Position numbers and translations under genes: made by a program. Source: an uncultured Phycisphaerales bacterium (GTDB lineage Bacteria > Planctomycetota > Phycisphaerae > Tepidisphaerales > Tepidisphaeraceae). From it: DNA of 64,000 nucleotides. The notes beneath the pieces were generated by a model. The model had not been told where the DNA came from. It saw nothing but the letters and a program-made list of their open reading frames with translations, and did no database searches. Where the stretch lies: positions 832,001 through 896,000 of the forward strand of contig CAWJPJ010000006.1 of NCBI GenBank assembly GCA_963844715.1. The letters run 5' to 3'. Below are positions 50,591-62,444 of this stretch, one piece after another; position 1 is the stretch's first letter; the number at the start of each line of letters is the position of its first letter.

Positions 50591-52186
50591 ATGAAAATCG
50601 GGCTAAGTATTCTGACAATTCTTGGGTCGATATTGGGGGCTTCGGTCGCTTTGGCGCAAAGCGATTCGGATATGCTGGAAAAGGCTATCAACGGAGTCGT
50701 GACGGTCGCGGTTTACAAGTCCTCGGATTACAACCGGCCGTTTGGATTTGGCGCGGCGGACGCGTACGAGCAACTGCTCGATCTCAGCGATGCGCAGGAA
50801 TCGGGGTCGGGGTTTTGCATCGAGCGGAATAACAAGAAATACATTGTGACCAACTGCCATGTGATCGAGGGGTCGGCGGATGAGTCCGGGGCGGTCGCGG
50901 TGTACGGAACGACGCGGCATAAATATTCGATGAAGCTGGTGGGGGCGGATTCCTTTATCGATATCGCAGCTGCTGGAATTTGACGGGGAGCAGCCGGGGC
51001 CGGAGATCGGGGTGATGGATTTTGAGACCGCCAAGCCGCGGCTCGGGGAGAAAGTTTTTGCGATTGGAAATCCGTATGGAGATTATCCGTATTCGGTTTC
51101 GGACGGGATTATCGGGGGATTGAACCGGGTGCGGAACGAAGACGATCTGACCGGGAAATTCGGTTATCTGGAGAGCACGGCAACGATCATCTGGGGGAAC
51201 AGCGGCGGGCCGCTGGTCAACGAGGCGGGGAATGTCGTTGGGGTGAATACGGGGATTGAGATTCGCGAGCGGTTCAATCAGTTGTTCATCGAGCCGCAGA
51301 TTAACTTCGCGCTGGAGGCGTCGGTGGCGTCGCGGGCGCTGGATGACATGGTGCAATTTGGGCGTGTGCGGCGTGCGTATTTGGGGATTCGGTTTGCCCA
51401 GGATTTTGGGACGCCGAAGAGCGACAGCGATCCGGCGTTTGTGGACATTGGGGCGAAGCCGGAGATTGCGGAAGTGCTGGACGGGTCCCCCGCCGCTGCC
51501 GCAGGATTGGGGCAATATGCGGGGGCGACGGTCACAAAGGTCAATAACCAGGACGTGACTTCGATTGAGGAGGTTTTGGAGGCGCTGGAGTCGATGCGGC
51601 CGGGGGATAACTGCACGCTATTCCTTGATCAGGATGGGCATGCGAGCAAGGTGACGTTTAAGACGGATGAATTGACGCAGGATCGGGCCGCGACGTGGGC
51701 GGAGCACGTTCTTGCCGAGGCGGGATGGACGGTGAAGCAGACGGACAGCGGCGTGACGCTCCAGAATGCGACGCCGAGTTCGAATAACGTTGCCGCGGGA
51801 AGCCTGGGCAGGACCAGAACTCGGCGGGGATGAGCGCACAGGCCCCGGCGACGCCGCCGAATAATCAGTGGAGCAGCCGGATTGAGAAGTTTGAGTATGG
51901 GCTATTGCATCCGGGTTTTCAGCCGGCACCAGCCGCCGGCGGCAGCGGCAGCGCCGCTCCCCCGCCGGAGCAGGAACTGGTGGCGCTGGGGTTATTCGAC
52001 GACAAGGGCAAGGCGGTCACTGTTTGGAAGATGTCGAACCTGAGCGACCTTGGCATATCCGCGCGACTGGCGGCGCTGGAGGGGCGGATCGATCTGGGGG
52101 TGAAGGGGCAGGACGACAAGCTGAGCGTGATTCGCGTTTGGCTTTCGGGGGATCAGAGCAAGCTTAGCCGGTCGCTTTTGTACTAA
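50591..52186 (+). CDS. Exported trypsin-like (HtrA/S1C) serine protease with PDZ domain and C-terminal extension; frameshifts near 50970 and 51820
   Basis: GSGF, TNCHV, DIA, AIGNP, GNSGGPL, PDZ-like GSPAAAAGL. Confidence 0.85.
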
Positions 52187-52295
52187 ATGGGGGATTATGA
52201 TTCCGGCACATGGGAGGGCACGCCCCGCAAGCGGGGCCGCTAAACGGGGGAGTAGGATGTCGCTGGATCGTGGTCTGCTATTTAGAATGATTTGA

Positions 52296-53461
52296 ATGGC
52301 CGCGCCTTATCAAATCTGGGGGGAGGGATTGGATGAGAATGCGCTGGAGCAGACTGCGCCTTGCGGCGAGCTTGCCCATTGCGGTTTCGGGGGCGTTGAT
52401 GCCGGATGCGCATCTGGGGTATGGGCTGCCGATCGGCGGGGTTTTGGCGACGGATAATGCGGTAATTCCTTATGCGGTGGGAGTGGATATTGCGTGCCGG
52501 ATGAAGTTGTCGGTATTGGATGTGCCGGTGGATGCGCTTGAGCATCAGGCGGATCGACTCGCGAAAATTCTTGGGGCGGAGACGGTTTTTGGCGCGGGCG
52601 GAGTGCGGAAAAAGCCGGCGGATCATCCGGTTCTGACGGCTGATTGGAAGGCGAGCGATATCACCCGAAATTTGTTTGACAAGGCGGCGAGCCAATTGGG
52701 GACCAGCGGGAGTGGAAATCATTTTGTCGAATTCGGGACGCTGAGTCTCGATCGAGATGAACTTGGGCTGAAGGCGGGGAAATATTTCGCGCTGCTAAGC
52801 CATAGCGGAAGCCGAGGCGCGGGGGCGGCTGTGGCGGATCATTTCAGCAAGCTGGCGATGGCTCTGCATGCTGAGCTGCCGCAGGAATTGAAGCGGCTCG
52901 CGTGGCTGGATCTGGATTCCGACGCTGGCCGGGAATATTGGCGGACGATGGAACTCATGGGCGAGTATGCGTCGGCGAATCATGCGATCATTCATGAAAA
53001 GATCGCGGCGGCGCTCGGGGGCGCCGGTTTTGGCCGGAGTGGAGAACCATCACAATTTCGCGTGGAAGGAGACGCACGGGGGACGCGAGGTCGTCGTGCA
53101 TCGCAAGGGGGCAACGCCGGCTTCGAAGGGGACGCTTGGGGTGATTCCGGGGTCGATGGCTTCGCCGGGGTTTGTGGTGCGCGGGCGCGGCGAGGAGAAG
53201 TCGCTGAATTCGGCCTGCGCACGGGGCGGGACGGGTGATGAGCCGAACGGCGGCGAAGAAGCAGATTCGCTGGCCGAGTGTGCAGGCGATGCTGAGGGCG
53301 GCGGGAGTGAGATTGCTTTCGGCGGGGCTGGATGAGGCTCCGCAGGCGTATAAGGATATTTTTCAGGTGATGCGGCGCAGGCGGATTTGGTGGATGTGAT
53401 TGCACGGTTTGATCCGAAGATCGTGAAGATGGCGGATGCGGGGGAGAGGCCGGAGGATTAA
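52296..53461 (+). CDS. rtcB: RtcB family RNA ligase; several frameshifts
   Basis: MPDAHLGYGLPIGG, VGVDIAC, QLGTSGSGNHF, HSGSRG, NHHNFAW, HRKGATP, IPGSM, DEAP.AYK. Confidence 0.92.
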
Positions 53462-53522
53462 GAGAATCGATTCAGGTTCGGGCTTTTATGCGCGATACAA
53501 TCGAGGAGTTAGGAGTAAAGCT

Positions 53523-53792
53523 ATGCCGCTGGTTATTTCCGATGAGGTTCTTCGCGCGGCCGGTCTAACCGAGCGTGAAGCCCTGATTGTGTTCGCGTGT
53601 GGGATATTCCAAGCGCGTTGCATGTCCCTTGGCCGCGCGGGGGAAATCGTCGGACTGAGCAAGGTCGAGATGGAAAAGGAATTGGCCGCTCGTAATATTC
53701 CTCGCTACCAATACACAGCCAAGATGCTTGAGGATGACATTCGGGCCTTAAAGCTGATGGAGAGTTGGGACGCTGAAGGCCGTAAAAAGTGA
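53523..53792 (+). CDS. UPF0175 family protein (antitoxin-like)
   Basis: MPLVISDEVL..AGLTERE...MSLGRAGEIVGL......LAARNIP..Y....LEDD. Confidence 0.8.
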   Translation: MPLVISDEVLRAAGLTEREALIVFACGIFQARCMSLGRAGEIVGLSKVEMEKELAARNIPRYQYTAKMLEDDIRALKLMESWDAEGRKK

Positions 53793-53846
53793 TGGCGTCC
53801 CATCATCGGAGAATGCTCGCTCACCTCACATAGTAACGAAATAAAG

Positions 53847-56107
53847 ATGAATCGTCTTTCTCGCGAATCCTCGCCCTATCTTTTGCAGCATGCGCACAAT
53901 CCCGTGGATTGGTATCCGTGGGGTCCCGAGGCGTTCGAACTCGCGCGGCGCGAGGATCGGCCGATTTTTCTTTCTGTGGGGTATAGCAGTTGTTACTGGT
54001 GCCACGTGATGGAGAGGCAGTCTTTTGAGAACGAGGAAATCGCGCGGGCGATGAACGCCGGGTTTGTGAATATCAAGGTGGATCGGGAGCAGCGGCCGGA
54101 CGTGGATCAGTTGTATATGCTGGCGGTGCAGATTTTGACGCGGCAAGGGGGATGGCCGATGAGCGTTTTTTTGACGCCGGATTTGCGGCCGTTTTATGGC
54201 GGGACTTATTTTCCGCCGGGGGATGCGTATGGGAGGCCGGGGTTTGGGCGGATATTGGCGGCGATTGACGGGGCTTGGAAACATCGGCGCGAGGAAGTGA
54301 CCGAATCAGCCGAGAATCTGACGCAGATGCTGCGGCGGTTGGCCGGGCCGAGACGGGCGGAAAATGCGATGCGGGTCGATCTGCCTTGGATCGAGGGGAT
54401 GATCGAGCGCAGCACGAGTGATTTTGATGCCGAGCACGGGGGATTTGGCGGGTCTCCGAAATTTCCGCGGGAGACTTTGCTGGAATTGCTGCTGGTTTTC
54501 CTCGCGCAAAAAGAAGATGCGGGGCTGCGGAAAAAACTGAAGAGGACATTGGACGGGATGGCGCGCGGGGGGATTCGGGATCAGGTTGGCGGAGGATTTC
54601 ATCGGTATAGCACGGATGAAAAGTGGCTGGTGCCGCATTTTGAGATCATGTTGTACGATAACGCGATGTTGCTTTGGATTTATGCCGAGGCACATCGGCA
54701 GACGCCGAACCCCGAATGGGCGGCGGTGGCGGCGGGGATCGCGGATTTCATTCTGGCGGAGATGACTTCGCCGGAGGGGCTTTTTTATACGGCATTGGAC
54801 GCGGAAGTGGATGCGGAGGAAGGAGGGAGCTATCTGTGGACGCAGGCGGAGGTGCGCGAGGTTTTGGCGAAGGAGGGGTTCGAGGCGGTTTTGATCGATC
54901 GATTCTGCCATATTTACGGACTGGATTTGGGGCCGAATTTTTCTGATCCTCACAAGCATGGGGATGCGCCGGAAAAAAATGTTTTGTACGAGGCGGAGAT
55001 GGGGCTGCTGGATGAAAAGATGGCAGAGATGCGGGCGGAGTTGTATGCGGTGCGGAAGAAGCGCAAGCAGCCGATGCTGGATACCAAGATTCTGACGAGT
55101 TGGAACGCGCTGATGATCCGCGGATTGGCGCACGCGGGGACGCTGCTGAAGCGGGGGGACTATGTGGCGGCCGCACAACGGGCGGCGGAGCAGTTGTTGG
55201 CGCGATATCGAACCGGCGATGGTGGAATATTGCGCGATGGGAAGACCGGTGGGTTTTTGGAGGATTATGCTTTTCTAGTTCAGGCGTTGCTGGAACTGGA
55301 GCGACTGGAAACTCCTCTCCCTCCTCCGGTACTCCGGGGGAGGGTTGGGGAGGGGGTCGATGATCCATCGGGCGACCAAGCCCCCTCCCTAACCCTCCCC
55401 CGGAATACCGGGGGAGGGGAAAATGCGGAGGAGCGGGTGGGGACGCATGGAAAAGCCGCGGGCGAATTGCGCAAGAGATGAATCAGCGGTTCTACGATGA
55501 CGCAGATGGCGGATTTTATTTTACGGATAGGGGTGCGGACGATTTGATTGTTCGGCAGAAGATTGGGAGTGACAGCCCGCTGCCGAGCGGGAATGCGGTT
55601 GCGGCGATGGTGATGCTGGAAATGAATGGAGCGGAGATCGCGGCGGATACTTTGCGGGCGTTCGCGGGGCAGATGGAAGATTACGGGGAAGGGGCTAGCG
55701 CGATGATCGAGGCGGCGATGAAATATGTGCGCGGGCACGGGCCCCTGGAGGTTTCCGCGGGAGAAGGGCCTGCGGAGCGGCCGGATTCGCCGGAGGAATT
55801 GGCGGCGAAGGTTTTGGCGGTTGAGCCGGTTTGGATTGATGGGAAGACATTGGATTTGCGATGCGAATTGAGGGAGGGGTATCACATTGACGCGCCAATT
55901 CATGTAGCGCTGAATCGGCCGGGATCGGCGCGAGTGCCGGAGGGCGCGGGGATATTCGGGAAATTTTTGATTGGCGCGGATTTTGAAGAATCGGTTGAGG
56001 GGAGCGCGCTGGTGACGTTAAGTTATCAGGCGTGCGATGAATCGGCTTGCTTGCCGATGATTTCGCGGTCGATTGAGGTTTTTGCCAGGAGCGGGGATTT
56101 AGGCTAA
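53847..56107 (+). CDS. Thioredoxin-domain / six-hairpin protein (YyaL/SPATA20 family) with C-terminal DsbD-N-like domain; frameshift near 55450; repeat-derived insert
   Basis: [67 protein letters not shown]. Confidence 0.92.
55311..55420. repeat. Inverted doublet of palindromic elements inside the YyaL-like coding sequence
   Basis: CCCTCCTCCGGTACTCCGGGGGAGGGTTGGGGAGGGGG ... CCCCCTCCCTAACCCTCCCCCGGAATACCGGGGGAGGG. Confidence 0.85.
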
Positions 56108-56120
56108 CTTCCCCGGCCTC

Positions 56121-57674
56121 ATGATCCCAACCAGCACGAACGTAAAGATCACGGCGGGCGCGATAACCGGGAAATTTGATGCGGCGGCGGTTTTTGTCGC
56201 GTCGGGAAAGAAATTCGATGCGAAATCCGCGGAGGGGTTGGGGACGGAAATTGCGGAAGCGGCCGGGGCGCTTTTGTCGGAAGGGGTTTCGCGCGGGAAG
56301 GCTTCGGAAGTTTCGTTTGGATTGCTGAAATCGGGAAAACCGGCGCGGCGGGTTTATGTGGTGGGGTTGGGGAGGACGGAAAAGATCACGACGGAAACGG
56401 TGCGCAGGCGGCTGGAGCGCTCGCCCGGCGCTGGCCCGGCACGAGCAGAAGAGCGTGGCGATTGCGCTACCGGCGCTGGGGGAGATTTCCGCTGAGGAAT
56501 CGGCGGCGGCGATCGTCGAGGGGATTCTGCTGGCGGCGTTTGATTACCGGGAATACAAGGGGGCCGCTTCCAAAAGCGACGATGAGGAGGATGAGAGCGC
56601 GAAGCACCTGGCGGTTCGAATCGTTTCGACGAAGGCTTCGGTGCGGGAGGCGGTTCGGCGCGCTGAGATTGTTTGCGAGGCGCAGAATCTGGCGCGGACG
56701 ATCGCGTCGCGGCCGGGGAATGATGTGAACCCGCCAGTGCTGGCCCGCGAGGCGAAGGAATTGGCGCGGCAGACTGGCCTAGCGTGCACGATTTATGACG
56801 AGAAGCAGTTGAAGAAGTTGGGAATGGGGGGGATTCTGGCGGTGGGAGCGGGGAGCATTTATTCGCCGCCGCGGATGATTGTGCTTGAGCATAAGCCGCG
56901 GGGATTGGGGCGGACTTCGCGGCCGATTTTGCTGGTGGGAAAGGCGATCACATTTGACACCGGCGGAATCTCGATCAAGCCGGCGGACAAAATGGGGAAA
57001 ATGATCTTCGATAAGTGCGGCGCGATGGCGGTGTTGGGTTGCATGGTGGCGCTGGCGAAGCTCAAGGCGCCGGTTCATGTGGTGGGGATTCTGTCGAGTG
57101 CGGAAAATGCGATCAGCTCCAAGGCGTACCGCCCGGGCGATATTATTCGAATGCATAACGGGGTGACGGTGGAAGTGACGAACACGGATGCCGAGGGGCG
57201 GCTGGTCTTGGCGGACGCGCTAGCGTGGGGAATCGCGAAATATAATCCGACGGCGGCGGTGGATTTGGCGACATTGACCGGGGGCGTGATCGTGGCGCTG
57301 GGAAAGACGATGGCGGGTGTCATGAGCAACAGCGACGCGCTGGTCGAGGAGCTGGAATCGGTTTCGGGCCGGACGGGGGAGAAATTCTGCGCTTGCCGCT
57401 GGGGGACGAGCAGAGGAAGCAGATGAAATCGGAGTTTGCGGATATTGTGAACAGCGCGGGTCGCGAGGGCCATCCGCTCCAGGGCGGGGCGTTTTTGAGC
57501 TATTTCGTTCCGAAAGACGAATCGGTCCCATGGGCGCATCTGGATATCGCGGGCGTGGCGGACACGGAAAAAGAACTGCCCTATTATGGAAAAGGGGCGA
57601 CCGGTTGGGGCGTGCGGATACTGGTGGAGTGGGCGACGTCACGCCCGGCGGGTGGACGATCAAAAAGGAAATGA
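56121..57674 (+). CDS. pepA: Leucyl aminopeptidase (M17); two frameshifts
   Basis: VGKAITFDTGG, DKCGA, NTDAEGRLVLAD, DLATLTG, WAHLDIAG. Confidence 0.93.
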
Positions 57675-57690
57675 GCAAAGGAGCTAATCA

Positions 57691-58656
57691 ATGAATGCCG
57701 CAATCACGGCGATGGCGCTTTTCTTTTCGGTGCTGACGCCGCAGAAAATGTGGTTTGCGCCGTCGCAGCCGATCTCGGTGACGGTGAAGGGTGATCAGGA
57801 TGTCACGCTGATCTTGACGGATTTTCGGGCAAGGCGCTGAAACCGCAGGGATCGGCCGATGAGAAGGCGGGCGCGACGTTCGACGTGAAGAAAGTATTTC
57901 CGGACACGGGTTCGGTGGGGACGTGGATCTTGTACGCGGTGCCGAAGGGATCGCCATCTGTGGCGGCGGCGAGCGCTGGTGAGGCGGTCGTGCCGAAGGA
58001 TTTCCTGGGCGTTCCGCTGGTGATTGAGGAGATGCCCGCGCAGGAGGGAGATACGCCGGACGTGGCGCGAATCGTGCCGCTGAGTTATGCGGTCATGAAG
58101 ACGGACGCGGGGACGATGAAATGCGTGTTCTACTACGAATCCGCGCCGCACACGGTGGACACATTTTTGACGCTGTCGGAGCAGGGTTTTTACGACGGGC
58201 TGACGTTCCATCGGGTGGTGCCGGATTTTGTGATTCAGGGCGGCGATCCGACGGGGACGGGGTCGGGCGGGCCGGGATTTCATATTGGGGCGGAATTCAA
58301 CAATCGGCCGCATATTGCGGGCGTGCTGTCGATGGCACGTAACGGCGATCCGAATGAGGATCCGCAGAATGGCGTCATGCCGCGGGCGGAGTACTGCCAA
58401 CAGCGCGGGGAGCCAGTTCTTCGTCTGCCTGGATTATCGCAATACGCAGCAACTCGATCGGCGTTACACGGCCTTTGGGCAGGTGGTGGATGGGATGGAT
58501 GCCGCCCAAAAGATCGGGCAATCGCCTATCGCAAACAGCGATACGGGAGCGCCGAAGGTTCTGACGTTGATTCAGAGCATTCGCGTATTTCCGGTCACGG
58601 CGGCGGATAATCCGTATAATGCGATCTTGGCGCCGACGACGCAGCCGGCGCAGTAG
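57691..58656 (+). CDS. Cyclophilin-type peptidyl-prolyl isomerase with N-terminal extension; two frameshifts
   Basis: [48 protein letters not shown]. Confidence 0.9.
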
Positions 58657-58682
58657 AAAAATCAGAAGATCGGAGCCGCCTC

Positions 58683-58793
58683 GGGAGGCGGCCGGGTCCG
58701 ATGCAAGGGTCGGCCGCGAACCGGGTCAGGTCCGAGAGGAAGCAGCCCTAAGTGGTCCCGGCTTTGTGCCGTCGTCCCCCCGGCCGCTTTCCG
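58683..58793 (+). ncRNA. ffs: Signal recognition particle RNA (small bacterial 4.5S type)
   Basis: Domain IV motif GAACCGGGTCAGGTCC-GAGA-GGAAGCAGCCCTAAG in a long closing helix GGAGGCGGCCGGG/CCCGGCCGCTTTCC; T-tract at 58801. Confidence 0.9.
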
Positions 58794-58864
58794 CGGCGGC
58801 TTTTTTTGTCGTTTTATTTCCTCTCTCATTCGGGCTTTGATTCGACATTCGTCATTCCAAAAGG

Positions 58865-58904
58865 CCCCTCACCCAACCTCTCCCCGTGAGTACACAGGGA
58901 GAGG
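58865..58904 (+). repeat. GTAC-cored palindromic element, intergenic copy
   Basis: CCCCTCACCCAACCTCTCCCCGTGAGTACACAGGGAGAGG. Confidence 0.8.
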
Positions 58905-58954
58905 CGTAGGAGAGACGCGACAGGAAGCGGCGCGGCGGGTAGGATTTGCTCACT

Positions 58955-59827
58955 ATGCGGCTGGCGATTATTGCAAACAAACGGAAGCCGAACGTCGTGG
59001 CGGCGATGGAGAAGATGCTGCCGCGGATTTCGGCTAAGACTGAAGTTGTCGCCGTAAGTGATTGCGAGCAAGAGTACGATCTCATAAAGATCGAGGCGGA
59101 TGCGATTCTGGTTCTGGGCGGGGACGGGACGCTTCTCTCGGCGGCGCGGCGGTTGGACGGCAGGCAGATTCCGCTGCTGGGGGTCAATTTTGGACGACTG
59201 GGTTTTTTGGCCAGCTTCACGCCGCAGCAGTTTGAGCGGCACTTTGATGATTTTGTTGCCGGGAAGCTGGCTATCAGCCATCGGCTGGTGATTGAGACAT
59301 CCGTTTCCAAGACGATGGACGGGAAGCCGCGATTCCGCGCCACCGCACTGAACGACACGGTGATCACGGCGGGTCCGCCTTTTCATATGATTGAACTGAA
59401 GATTTCCGCCGAGAGCGGCGATGGGGAGGAAATCCTGGCAGAAGGGGTGAGATATTTCGGGGACGGGGTGATCGTTTCCACGGCGAGCGGATCGACGGCA
59501 TACAACGTCTCAGCGGGCGGACCGATCTTGAGCCCGACGGTTTCGGCGTTTTGCGTGACGCCGATTTGTCCGCATTCGCTTTCGTTCCGGCCGGTGGTCA
59601 TTTCTTCCCAGTGCACGGTGTACATCTCGGCCACGCGCGTGAACGAGGGCACAACCCTCTTTTGCGACGGGCAGGAAAGCACGCAGCTGTGCGCCGGCGA
59701 GTCGGTGATGATCAAAAAAAGCCCAAATACAGTTTTATTAATTGAGAATCCGGACGCAGGGGAATGGCGGAATTTGGCGGAGAAACTGAACTGGGCGACG
59801 GGGCCTGCCTATAACTCCGAAAGTTGA
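58955..59827 (+). CDS. nadK: NAD kinase
   Basis: LGGDGT, GVNFGRLGFL, ALND, GDGVIVSTASGSTAYNVSAGGP. Confidence 0.95.
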   Translation: MRLAIIANKRKPNVVAAMEKMLPRISAKTEVVAVSDCEQEYDLIKIEADAILVLGGDGTLLSAARRLDGRQIPLLGVNFGRLGFLASFTPQQFERHFDDFVAGKLAISHRLVIETSVSKTMDGKPRFRATALNDTVITAGPPFHMIELKISAESGDGEEILAEGVRYFGDGVIVSTASGSTAYNVSAGGPILSPTVSAFCVTPICPHSLSFRPVVISSQCTVYISATRVNEGTTLFCDGQESTQLCAGESVMIKKSPNTVLLIENPDAGEWRNLAEKLNWATGPAYNSES

Positions 59828-59873
59828 CGCGGCGAAAAATCCACGCCTACAGTGAACGAACAAAGGAGCGAAC

Positions 59874-60893
59874 ATGGCAGAGATGATCCGGGCGTACGCC
59901 GCGAAGTCCGCCGGCGGCAAGCTTGAACGGTTTGATTTCAACCCCGGCCCGCTTGGCGACGAGCAGGTGGAGATCGCGGTGGATTACTGCGGCTTGTGCC
60001 ACTCCGATCTTTCGATGGTGAAAAATGATTTTGGGATGACGGCGTATCCGTTTGTGCCGGGGCACGAGGTGGCGGGGAGAATCGTCGCGGTGGGAAAAAA
60101 TGCCAAGGATCGCAGGGTCGGGGATTCGGTGGGACTGGGATGGTATAGCCAGAGCTGTCTGCATTGCATGGAGTGTTTGACGGGGAATCAGAATCTGTGC
60201 CCGACCGTGGAGGGGACGATCATTCATCGGCAAGGCGGATTTGCCGATCGGGTGCGGTGCCAGTGGACTTGGGCGACCCCGCTGCCCAGCGCGCTCGATC
60301 CGGCCAAGGCTGGGCCCCTCTTTTGCGGGGGCGTGACCGTCTTTAATCCCATGGTGCAGTTTGACGTGAAGCCGACGGATCGGGTCGGCGTGATCGGCAT
60401 TGGAGGACTTGGCCATCTGGCTCTGCAATACCTCAACAAATGGGGATGCCATGTGACGGCCTTCAGTTCCAATCCGTCCAAAAGCGATGAGGCAAAGCGA
60501 CTTGGGGCTAGTGACGTGATCGATTCGCGCAGTACGGACGCAATGAAAAAAATCGCCGGCTCTCTGAACTTCATTATCAGCACGGTGAATGTTCCGCTGG
60601 ATTGGGGCGCGATCATCAATACGCTGGCCCCCAGGGGCAGGCTCCACATCGTTGGCGCCGTCACCGAACCGATATCGTTGAGCATATTTCCGCTGATGTT
60701 GGGCCAACGATCGGTCAGCAGTTCGCCACTGGGAAGTCCCGCGACCACGGCTCGGATGCTGGACTTTTCGGCTCGGCATGAGATTGCGCCGATCGTGGAG
60801 ATGTATCCAATGTCGCAGATCAACGAGGCGTTCGCGCGGCTGGAATCGGGGAAGGCGCGGTATCGGATCGTGCTGAAAAATGATCTGGCGTGA
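59874..60893 (+). CDS. NAD(P)-dependent alcohol dehydrogenase / aldehyde reductase (CAD family, Ahr-like)
   Basis: CGLCHSD, PGHEV, C..C..C...NLC, GIGGLGH, RYRIVL. Confidence 0.93.
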   Translation: MAEMIRAYAAKSAGGKLERFDFNPGPLGDEQVEIAVDYCGLCHSDLSMVKNDFGMTAYPFVPGHEVAGRIVAVGKNAKDRRVGDSVGLGWYSQSCLHCMECLTGNQNLCPTVEGTIIHRQGGFADRVRCQWTWATPLPSALDPAKAGPLFCGGVTVFNPMVQFDVKPTDRVGVIGIGGLGHLALQYLNKWGCHVTAFSSNPSKSDEAKRLGASDVIDSRSTDAMKKIAGSLNFIISTVNVPLDWGAIINTLAPRGRLHIVGAVTEPISLSIFPLMLGQRSVSSSPLGSPATTARMLDFSARHEIAPIVEMYPMSQINEAFARLESGKARYRIVLKNDLA

Positions 60894-60938
60894 GCCGCCT
60901 TTGACATTTCGAGGATCGGTTCTAACCTTTGGCAAATC

Positions 60939-62444
60939 GTGCCAAGGTATTTTCCGAATTTAGAGGAATTCACGCTGATCGCGCGGTCGGCGAAGATTGT
61001 GCCGGTTTATCGGCAGCTTTTGGCGGATCGGCTGACGCCGGTGACGGCGTTTGAGATTCTGGGGCGGGATGAGCACGCGTTTCTGCTGGAAAGCGTGGTC
61101 GGGGGGGAAAAAATCGGGCGGTATAGCTTTATCGCGTCGGGGCCGAAACTGGCGTATCAGGCTTATGAGGGGAAGGCCACGATTCAGCAGGTGGGCGAGG
61201 CGGAAAAGCAGTTCGAGACCCGCGATCCGCTGGGGGATTTGCAGAAGCTTTTGCCCAAGACCTCGTATCATCGCGACAAGAGACTGCCGGCGTTTACGGG
61301 CGGGCTGGTGGGGTACGCGGGGTACGACACGATTCGATATTACGAGGGGGAGAAGCTGCCCAAACCGCCGGCGGATGATCGGCGATTGCCGGAGGTTCTT
61401 TTTGCGCTCTATGGAGAGATGGTCATCTTCGATCATCTCGACAAGACGATCAAAATCGTCGGAAACGCGGATTTATCGCGCGGGGCGAACGCCGAGGCGG
61501 CGTATCGGGATGCTTGCCGGCGGATTGATGAGATTGTGACGCGACTGAGGCAGCCGCCGCTGCTCAAGCTTGGGGAGATCGACACCAGCGGGGACGTGAC
61601 GTTGGCCTTCACCAGCAATTTTACGCGCGAGCAGTTCGAGCAAGTGGTCGAGAGCGGGAAGGAATTCATCAAGGCGGGGGATATTTTTCAGTTCGTGCCG
61701 AGCCAGAGGTTGCGGGTGAGTTCGCCGGCCGATCCGTTGGATGTGTATCGGGCGCTGCGGATCATCAATCCTTCACCCTACATGTTTTTCTTGAAGAGCC
61801 CGGCTTGCACTTTGATCGGGTCTAGTCCGGAGATTTTGTGCAAAGTTGAGAAAGGGACGATCACCAGCCGCCCGCTGGCGGGAACGCGGCGCCGCGGGAC
61901 CAGCGAGGAGGAGGATGCCCGGCTTGAAAAGGAGCTGCTGGCCGACCCGAAGGAGCGGGCGGAGCACATCATGCTCGTCGATTTGCATCGGAACGACGTC
62001 GGGCGGGTATCGAAGATCGGGACGGTGCGGGTGAGCGATATGATGACGGTGGAGCGCTATAGCCACGTCATGCACATCACCAGCAATGTGACGGGGCAGC
62101 TTGATGAGCAATACAGCGCGATGGACGCGCTGCGGGTGAGTTTGCCTGTGGGGACAGTCAGCGGTGCGCCGAAGATTCGGGCCATGCAGATCATCGACGA
62201 ACTGGAGAAGAGCCGGCGCGGTCCGTATGGGGGGGCGGTGGGTTATTTGGATTTTTCCGGGGATTTGGACACGTGCATCGCCCTGCGGACGATTGTTTTC
62301 AAGAACGGAACCTATGACGTGCAGGCGGGGGCGGGAGTCGTTGCCGATTCGGTGCCGGCCAGTGAGTACAAGGAGACCATGGACAAGGCCAAGGCGATGC
62401 TGAAGGCAGTGGAGATCGCGGAGAAGCAATTTGGAGCGGCATAA
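60939..62444 (+). CDS. trpE: Anthranilate synthase component I
   Basis: LLES, GDIFQ, NPSPYM, PLAGTR, KERAEHIMLVDL.RND, GTVSGAPK. Confidence 0.95.
   Translation: MPRYFPNLEEFTLIARSAKIVPVYRQLLADRLTPVTAFEILGRDEHAFLLESVVGGEKIGRYSFIASGPKLAYQAYEGKATIQQVGEAEKQFETRDPLGDLQKLLPKTSYHRDKRLPAFTGGLVGYAGYDTIRYYEGEKLPKPPADDRRLPEVLFALYGEMVIFDHLDKTIKIVGNADLSRGANAEAAYRDACRRIDEIVTRLRQPPLLKLGEIDTSGDVTLAFTSNFTREQFEQVVESGKEFIKAGDIFQFVPSQRLRVSSPADPLDVYRALRIINPSPYMFFLKSPACTLIGSSPEILCKVEKGTITSRPLAGTRRRGTSEEEDARLEKELLADPKERAEHIMLVDLHRNDVGRVSKIGTVRVSDMMTVERYSHVMHITSNVTGQLDEQYSAMDALRVSLPVGTVSGAPKIRAMQIIDELEKSRRGPYGGAVGYLDFSGDLDTCIALRTIVFKNGTYDVQAGAGVVADSVPASEYKETMDKAKAMLKAVEIAEKQFGAA

Noticed and set aside
52215..52250. 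Hairpin GCCCCGCAAGCGGGGC-CGCTAAACGG as an ncRNA partner of rtcB
   Set aside because: Single short hairpin, more likely a terminator or REP-like element; no tRNA- or Y-RNA-like fold visible
53523..53830. Complete UPF0175/DUF3368 toxin-antitoxin pair
   Set aside because: No PIN/DUF3368 partner ORF follows; the YyaL-like gene starts 55 bp downstream
1..58656. About 20 frameshifted genes (nadA, mcsA/B, rtcB, pepA, cyclophilin, TolC, GH28, kinase and others) as mass pseudogenisation or programmed frameshifting
   Set aside because: Single-base indels, often in homopolymer or GC runs, in otherwise intact genes without in-frame stops; best explained by long-read consensus errors. Only the IS5 A7 site fits a known programmed frameshift.
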